Origin: Bacteroidota bacterium
Lineage (GTDB): Bacteria; Bacteroidota; Bacteroidia; Bacteroidales; UBA4417
Assembly: GCA_037142075.1 (NCBI GenBank)
Contig: JBAXBJ010000001.1
Location: forward strand, 93,617 to 157,616
Length of the DNA: 64,000 nucleotides
Direction: 5' to 3'
In this document: positions 57,497-64,000 of the stretch, in pieces
Position numbering within the stretch: the stretch's first letter is position 1
Layout: each line of letters starts with the position of its first letter
Position numbers and translations under genes: made by a program
The notes under the pieces: generated by a model
The model's database searches: none
The model's input: the letters and a program-made list of their open reading frames with translations, nothing else
Told to the model about the DNA's origin: nothing

Positions 57497-58786
57497 TCAG
57501 ATCGATACCTGATGTGTTGCGCCAATAGCTTTGATCTGAGATCCGGCAATTCCTGAATCGGATGCATATTCTTTCCATTTGCTAATTACATCCCTGGCAT
57601 TTTCGATGATCTCTTTTGCTTTTTTTACATTCATTCGGGTAGCAAGTGACAATAAATCATTTCGGGTAATATCGCGGCGTTTGTTGTTGATGGAAAGCTG
57701 ATGCTGTGAAAGCCACAGATTTGAAGGGTTATAGGCAAATGTAACATCATATGCAGGTGACAGGCTCCATTGACCAGTTTCATCCATTAGGAAAGAAATA
57801 TTCTTAGTGTGATCATCATTGTTGGAACCAATTACATTAAATACCATACGGCGGAATAGTTGGTCGGCAGCTGAATAGGGCAAACGAAGGCTTCTCATTG
57901 CCTGGAAGGCTTGTTCGTATGAATATGCATTGGGATTGTTATAGTCGAAATGGCAAAGGCCACACAATGTCTGTATGTGAAGCTTTTTATTGTGCTCAAG
58001 CCTGTCGAAGCGTCGGATCATGAAGTGAGCCCTTCCATTTTCTTCAAGCAGACGACTTTCACTCATTATTATTCCACAATCCAATGCCATTTTGTAATAG
58101 GCAAATTCAATCCGCCCGTATCCTTTAGGTTCACCAAGTTGTTCGTCGGAAACTCCATCCAATTTAATGAGCCAATGTGAATATCCTTCAGGAACATCCA
58201 TCTGACCGGACCTGATAGTGTTGTGCTTATTGATAGCGATAACTGCTTTTGCCCTGGCACCGCCGGCCGAAGTGCCTACACGGATAATATCAAGTAAAGC
58301 ATGTGCTTCATCATTGGATAGATTTGTTGTTAAGTCTGATTTCCGATTGACTGCTGACTGAGCCAGATTAACAAGTTCTGAAACTTCGAGAATATTAGAA
58401 TCTCCTTTTTCAATCCGGGTTGCAGGGCGAAATTCGAGTGCTCCCATACCGCGTTTACCCATATAACACAAGCGTTCAACCGGATTCATACTTCCTGGCT
58501 CACGACCTTGAGTTGCCAGCCACAAGTCGATCAATTGATTACCGAATCTATCAGGCAACGAGTCAGCCAATAATCCGGGAAGGCCATAATAGGTTTTTGC
58601 CGGCAAATCAGAGAAACGAAATATTTTTCCATTACTTGCTTCGGATAAAGGCATTGAAAGCGGTGCAATATCCCATTTGTTGCGAAGGAAAGCCGGATTG
58701 TATTCGAAGCTGGCAATTCCGGATTGTTGGTCCCATAAAACTGCGCCTACAAATTTGCCCCAAATATCTACATTAGCAACTACCAT
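57497..58786 (-). CDS. hipA: HipA-family serine/threonine kinase toxin
   Basis: LADSLPDRFG, GTSAGGARAKA, WLIKLDG, RRFDR, NNDDHTKN, LSPAYD. Confidence 0.93.
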   Translation of the reverse strand: MVVANVDIWGKFVGAVLWDQQSGIASFEYNPAFLRNKWDIAPLSMPLSEASNGKIFRFSDLPAKTYYGLPGLLADSLPDRFGNQLIDLWLATQGREPGSMNPVERLCYMGKRGMGALEFRPATRIEKGDSNILEVSELVNLAQSAVNRKSDLTTNLSNDEAHALLDIIRVGTSAGGARAKAVIAINKHNTIRSGQMDVPEGYSHWLIKLDGVSDEQLGEPKGYGRIEFAYYKMALDCGIIMSESRLLEENGRAHFMIRRFDRLEHNKKLHIQTLCGLCHFDYNNPNAYSYEQAFQAMRSLRLPYSAADQLFRRMVFNVIGSNNDDHTKNISFLMDETGQWSLSPAYDVTFAYNPSNLWLSQHQLSINNKRRDITRNDLLSLATRMNVKKAKEIIENARDVISKWKEYASDSGIAGSQIKAIGATHQVSI

Positions 58787-59130
58787 TCGCTATCCTCCTT
58801 CTTTGTTGTTGTTCCTGATGCACGCAAACGCTCCTTACCGCTTAGTTTGGCCATCTGTAAAGGGCTTACCTGGCTGGTCACCTGCCAATTGTCGAGTAGT
58901 TGCAATTGCTGTAAAGCTCTTAAAACCTGCACAGTTGTAAGCAGTGAAGCTACTGTCTTTCCGTTTTCAATGTCGCTGATTGCAGAGCGGGAAAGACCGG
59001 CGTTTTCAGCGACCTGTTCCTGGGTAAGGTTTTGCTGTAACCGTATCTGCCTTAGAAAAATCCCGAGTTGGCTTACAATGGCAGGATCGCTCATGCTGTA
59101 CCAATTTGTTGTATTACCTGGAGTTGTCAT
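58780..59130 (-). CDS. XRE HTH antitoxin (HipB-like)
   Basis: RLQQNLTQEQVAENAGLSRSAISDIENG; overlaps the hipA start. Confidence 0.85.
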   Translation of the reverse strand: MTTPGNTTNWYSMSDPAIVSQLGIFLRQIRLQQNLTQEQVAENAGLSRSAISDIENGKTVASLLTTVQVLRALQQLQLLDNWQVTSQVSPLQMAKLSGKERLRASGTTTKKEDSEW

Positions 59131-59653
59131 TAGTGGCTTATTTTAAGAACTGAAAGAGTTAATGCGTTGTATTTTAGGATAAAGACCCCTCTAAAATTCC
59201 CCTTTGGGGAAACTTATTATCCGTGCTTTAATAAGATGAATTGAGACACAATTATTTTTTATTGTTTAATGATTCTTACCAGCTTCATAGATAATTTTAA
59301 AGTCATACTATGTAGCTTATATACTACAAAGATATAACAAATTGTTCATTTTCGCATTATGCATATAATTCACTTTATCCACCCTGTCCAAAAATTTCAC
59401 AAAGTGATTTCCGCTTTTTCTTTTGAAATGGATGACACAGCTTTTGAAATTGAGAAGGCTGTCCCTTTCAATATATCAGTTTGTGGCTGGTATCCGTTAA
59501 CTTTCTGAGCGACGAACTTCTTTTGTTTGAATAAAAATGACCCACATTTGAATACATATATTTTGATATAAGCTTTGTTGAGGTCCAAATCAGAGACTTC
59601 AATGAATCCTAAATATCGTAAATTTGGAAAGTTTATTTAAAGCCACAATAAGC

Positions 59654-60571
59654 ATGCAATCCAAATCACTGAAAAAATTTATTTACCTGGCTATTGTAGC
59701 AGCTGTTGCAACAATCGCACTTAAACTTTTTGCTTATTTTCTTACCGGTTCAGTTGGCTTGTTTTCTGATGCCCTTGAGTCGGGTGTAAATCTGATAGCA
59801 GCCATAGTTGCACTCTTTATGATTACCCTGGCTGAAAAACCTGCTGATGAAGAACACGCTTACGGCCATCACAAAGCCGAATACTTTTCGAGTGCCATCG
59901 AAGGAGGGTTAATCGTGTTGGCGGCTTTCAGCATTATCTGGTCGGCTATTCCGCGCATAATTCACCCTCAGCCTCTCGAAAATGTTGGAATCGGACTCCT
60001 GGTTTCCTTAGGTGCTTCAGCTATTAACCTCACTGTTGGAATGATTCTCATCAAAAACGGAAGAAAAAACCATTCCATTACCCTCGAAGCCGATGGAAAA
60101 CATTTAATGACTGACGTTTACACATCGGTAGGAGTTTTAATTGGCATTGGAATTGTAAAAATATCCGGATGGCTTGTTCTTGATGGTGTTGTAGCCATCG
60201 GAGTTGCTCTGAATATCGTCTGGACAGGTTACCAACTGATGCGTCGATCCGCTTTGGGTTTGCTCGATTCCTCTATTCCTGAAGATGAGCGATTAAAAAT
60301 ATCCACAGCCCTTGACGCATATAAAGATCAACATCTCGAATATCATTCTCTTATGACCAGGCAAGCCGGTCAGCGGAAGTTCGTCTCGCTTCATATACTT
60401 TTACCCGGTAAGCTGACCATCCAGGAAGGCCATGACATGGTCGAAAAGATTGAAAGAAATATTCGCGGCCTTTTTGATGCCCCGGTTACGGTTTTTACTC
60501 ATCTGGAACCTGTTGAAGATCCTGTTTCAATGCAGGACATCGAAATTGACAGGCATGATTCTCCTTTTTAA
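59654..60571 (+). CDS. cation diffusion facilitator (FieF-like) transporter
   Basis: [34 protein letters not shown]; TAAATTTG box at 59619 favours the MQSKS start. Confidence 0.93.
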   Translation: MQSKSLKKFIYLAIVAAVATIALKLFAYFLTGSVGLFSDALESGVNLIAAIVALFMITLAEKPADEEHAYGHHKAEYFSSAIEGGLIVLAAFSIIWSAIPRIIHPQPLENVGIGLLVSLGASAINLTVGMILIKNGRKNHSITLEADGKHLMTDVYTSVGVLIGIGIVKISGWLVLDGVVAIGVALNIVWTGYQLMRRSALGLLDSSIPEDERLKISTALDAYKDQHLEYHSLMTRQAGQRKFVSLHILLPGKLTIQEGHDMVEKIERNIRGLFDAPVTVFTHLEPVEDPVSMQDIEIDRHDSPF

Positions 60572-60692
60572 AAGAAAAGAAAGAATTGCCAACTGAAATT
60601 TTTAGTTGAATAATTATTGGATAATTATGGTGTCAGTAATATTACTGTTAAAATACCTGTTTAATGGCTAACTTCTTAAAAACTCTCACCAC

Positions 60693-63188
60693 TTACTGAA
60701 AACCGTCCTGTTCGCCATTCTCACCGTTTCCGGAATCTTTCGAGAGTTTTTTATTGTAGTTGTTGATCTGCATTTGCAGTCCCACATAAAATACCCGCGA
60801 CTCACGATAGCGCTGGCTTTCGGTAGTAAAACCGTTTCCACTGGTTGTTTCGTAAAAAGTGCGTGTGTTGAAAATGTCAGTTAGACGCAGGCTTAACGAT
60901 AGTTTATTCTTTAAAAAATCCTGCCTGAAAGAGGCATCTGCATAATACTGCTCCTTATGATATTCCTGGATGTTTCGGGTTGGTGCATTATAATTGCCGA
61001 TTAACTGGAACGAACCGTTTTCCCATGGGAAAAACGAGAAATTCAGGCGTGAATTCCATGAGAAAAGTCTGGATCCTTCAATATTCTGCTCAGGCAGAGG
61101 GCTCATTATATCCTGGAAAAAGGAAACATTTGCATTTATCTTTACCCATTTTTGAGGGCTGATTGTTCCTATAAGTTCCATACCGTATTTGGTGGAAGTA
61201 TTGATATTCATCGGCATGGTAAGAGAGACCCCGTCAGATTGCATCTGCGTGATATCTTCAACAACATCTTTTGTATGGTTATAGAAAATACTTGTAGTAA
61301 GAGAACTGGATTTCCAGTATTTCTGAACTCCTAACTCCAGGGATGTTGCAAATTCAGGTTTCAATGCAGGGTTACCTGTTTCGATATTCAACGAATCAGA
61401 ATAATCGACATAAGGATTTAATTCCCTTGGAGAAGGCCTTTGTACCCTACGACTGTAGCTGAATTGCAATTCTCTTTCTTTACCCAGGTCATATTGGGTA
61501 TGTAAGGATGGATATAACTGGAAATAGTTACTGTTGTAGTCGGTATTGGTTTGAAAAACCTTTGATTTGGTAAACACTTGTTCAAAACGCAGCCCGGCCT
61601 GGTACTTTAATTTACCTATTGAATTACCATAAATTCCGTATATAGCATACAATTGGTCGGTATAATCATATTTATTTTTCAGGTCTTCCTGGTCCACCCA
61701 GCCTGTTGAATCATTGTGATAGCTGTATATATAATCCATTGACATGTCGCGCAGAGCAGCCTTGTAACCGGCTTCGATGCGGCCGTTTTCATTCATAGGA
61801 TAAACATAATTTCCCTGGATGGTTAATGCCTTATTAGTGTTAAATGCAGTGTTTTTTTGCAGAAAAGGATCTCCGACAGGTTTAGATCCCTGTATTGAAT
61901 AATCCTGTTGACTGATATCAGTTCCGGCTTCCATCTGGTTGGAACTGTATATAATATCATTGGTATATTCCCTGCCTTTCTGGGGGAAAAGGTGTTTATA
62001 GGAGAGAGTGTAATCATAGGAATTTACACTGCGTATTGCTTCGTTCTGTCTTTCAAAATACCGGATCAGGGAGTCGGACCCGTTATAGTTACTGTTCAAT
62101 GTATTGCCGGTCGAGTTAAAGGACATATTACGGTTAATCACGCTAAAAGTCAGATTGTTACGTGTATCCAGAAAATAGTCAATGCCTCCGCTCAGGCTGT
62201 ACATATTGCGGTCCATAGAACCTGATTGAGATTGTTTCAGGACTTCGGTATCCGCATCACTGAGTGTAGTTGTGCGGGTGCTTTCCATAGAAGTTTTCAT
62301 GTGGTTTAGCCTGCCATCAGCACCCACGAATACGTTGAATTTATCTTTACGGTAATTCAGATTAAAAGTACCGTTGTATTTGTCGCCGGTGCCTGCATTT
62401 CCTGATACAACCCCGTTAAATCCCTGAAGGGCTTTCTTTTTTAACACAATATTGATGATTCCTGTAGTTCCGTCAGGATCGTAACGAACAGATGGATTGG
62501 TGATTACCTCAACGCTTTCGATTGCATTGGCAGGTATCTGGTTCAGCACATCGCTTGTTGAGATTCCTGTCTGACTGGAAGGCTTACCATCAATTAAAAG
62601 AGTGATGTTGGGATTTCCGCGTAAGCTGACATTGCCTTCCGCATCCACAGAAACGGAAGGTACATTTTCCATAACATCAGTTGCAGTTCCTCCGCCTATA
62701 GCCATATTTTTATCGACTGTGATCACTTTTTTATCGAGGTTGTTTGTTATCATAGCTTTCTGTGAAGTGATCACAACGCCTGATAAGGTCGAGGAGTTTG
62801 GTTGAATTGAGATATCACCTAACTTAACGTCTGCATTTTGATTGGAAATATTTATGTTAGGAATTATTTTGTTTTCATAGCCAATAAACTGCACGCGAAT
62901 GTAATATTTGCCGGCTTTAATTTTTTCGATAAGAAATTTCCCTTTGGTATCGGTCAGCGATCCTGTAACCATAGTACTGTCGGAACTACGAAACAGCACA
63001 ACACTGCCGTATTCAACGTGCTCATTGGTTGCGGCATCGTGCAATGCTCCTGTAATAATGCCAAAACCTTCCTTAGTGCTGTTTCCTCCGGCGTTGGTTT
63101 TACCTCCAGCCGGCTGGGCATGAACTAATGCTAGGGAAACAAAATACGTTAGAATAAAAAGCAGGATTGTTCGATTATAAGCCTTCAT
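60693..63188 (-). CDS. TonB-dependent outer-membrane receptor (CarboxypepD_reg-like + plug + beta-barrel)
   Basis: Signal peptide; IESVEVITNPSVRYDPDGTTGIINIVLKK; GNPALKPE. Confidence 0.9.
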   Translation of the reverse strand: MKAYNRTILLFILTYFVSLALVHAQPAGGKTNAGGNSTKEGFGIITGALHDAATNEHVEYGSVVLFRSSDSTMVTGSLTDTKGKFLIEKIKAGKYYIRVQFIGYENKIIPNINISNQNADVKLGDISIQPNSSTLSGVVITSQKAMITNNLDKKVITVDKNMAIGGGTATDVMENVPSVSVDAEGNVSLRGNPNITLLIDGKPSSQTGISTSDVLNQIPANAIESVEVITNPSVRYDPDGTTGIINIVLKKKALQGFNGVVSGNAGTGDKYNGTFNLNYRKDKFNVFVGADGRLNHMKTSMESTRTTTLSDADTEVLKQSQSGSMDRNMYSLSGGIDYFLDTRNNLTFSVINRNMSFNSTGNTLNSNYNGSDSLIRYFERQNEAIRSVNSYDYTLSYKHLFPQKGREYTNDIIYSSNQMEAGTDISQQDYSIQGSKPVGDPFLQKNTAFNTNKALTIQGNYVYPMNENGRIEAGYKAALRDMSMDYIYSYHNDSTGWVDQEDLKNKYDYTDQLYAIYGIYGNSIGKLKYQAGLRFEQVFTKSKVFQTNTDYNSNYFQLYPSLHTQYDLGKERELQFSYSRRVQRPSPRELNPYVDYSDSLNIETGNPALKPEFATSLELGVQKYWKSSSLTTSIFYNHTKDVVEDITQMQSDGVSLTMPMNINTSTKYGMELIGTISPQKWVKINANVSFFQDIMSPLPEQNIEGSRLFSWNSRLNFSFFPWENGSFQLIGNYNAPTRNIQEYHKEQYYADASFRQDFLKNKLSLSLRLTDIFNTRTFYETTSGNGFTTESQRYRESRVFYVGLQMQINNYNKKLSKDSGNGENGEQDGFQ

Positions 63189-63764
63189 AAATAAAATCAG
63201 ATGGGTATATGACGATTGAAATACAGAAAGGTTAAATCGTAATTATTTTTTATCAAATTTTATTTTTTTATAATGGAGTGCGAAAGTAATTCTTTTGATA
63301 TTCATTGCGGATTTTTAACATTTTTTTAACAGAATTTATAAATCAGGACATACGTAAATACAGGTATATCGATCTATAAACACGATTGGGATGAGGAAAT
63401 CCGGTCGTATGAGTATTTTGTAGAAAATAAAATTCTGCTGAAAGAAGCATGTTTCAAACTGGAAATATTCCTGCTTAACTATTTATCAATTAATTCCTTA
63501 TAAGCGCTGCATATTACAACATCATACATCATGAGCTTTCTGCCGGAAAAGTGTTGTATATCCTCAATTCCCCCATAGCTTAATTTTTTACTACCATTAT
63601 CAAACGAAAGCAGCATTATCTGGAATTAGAAGTTCTGATTCCCGAACTTCAAAGGAACTGCTATCAGGTGAGAAATTTTCTGTATTATTGCCTTAAATCA
63701 AGGTTAATCTGCTAGACTTGCAAATGTTTGATTAATAAACATATCCGTTTTTAAAATTTAATTA

Positions 63765-64000
63765 ATGACCCTTCAGGGATTCTTCCGAAAAAGAATAAGC
63801 ATCAACAGGAATGAGCTTTCCGGTGCTTTTGGCGATATTGGGACTGATCTTCCTTTAATTATCGGGATGATCCTGGCAAGTGGGCTCGACACTGCCAGTG
63901 TACTGATAACGTATGGGGTAATGCAATTGCTCACTGCATTTATTTATGGAATACCTATGCCTGTTCAACCACTGAAGGCGGTGGCTATGATTGTGATTGC
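63765..64000 (+). CDS. MOT1-family molybdate/sulfate transporter, 5' part (runs off window)
   Basis: Manual translation: MTLQGFF..NELSGAFGDIGTDLPL...PMPVQPLKAVA. Confidence 0.85.
   Translation, partial: MTLQGFFRKRISINRNELSGAFGDIGTDLPLIIGMILASGLDTASVLITYGVMQLLTAFIYGIPMPVQPLKAVAMIVI

Noticed and set aside
63200-63760. Moco riboswitch or ModE box upstream of the MOT1 transporter
   Set aside because: Could not identify the conserved motif by eye; needs an Rfam scan

Overview
Bacteroidota chromosome window (several TAnnTTTG -7 promoter boxes, FISUMP lipoprotein, SusC-like receptor). Positions 1 to ~56.9 kb are AT-rich accessory DNA, closed on the right by a tyrosine integrase and an att-like core site at 56891-56915. 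Beyond it lie a HipBA module and housekeeping-type genes (CDF transporter, TonB-dependent receptor, MOT1 transporter). The island has three zones. (1) 1-15.7 kb: an almost entirely minus-strand run of genes separated by degenerate attC-like palindromes, one holding a group II intron D5/D6 remnant. It carries a minimal DnaE-like polymerase, a tight four-gene operon (DUF1848 radical-SAM-like protein, Rsm22-like methyltransferase, short UvrD-like ATPase, 710-aa unknown), a HigBA-type TA pair, a NERD nuclease and a TIGR04255 triad. (2) 16-45.5 kb: serine resolvase, a structured leader RNA, an ATP12-like protein, an AAA operon, DUF2779, a poly-zinc-ribbon protein, HNH, TPR-HExxH, and a type I R-M locus interleaved with a GHKL-nuclease and a Schlafen/AlbA_2 gene. 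(3) 45.6-56.9 kb: a capsid-less, very AT-rich integrative module with a PolA/TV-Pol-like gene, a ParB-MT-A70-like gene and small genes sharing non-host promoter-like motifs and basic C-terminal tails, a candidate phage satellite. All family calls come from motif recognition by eye; no database searches were run.
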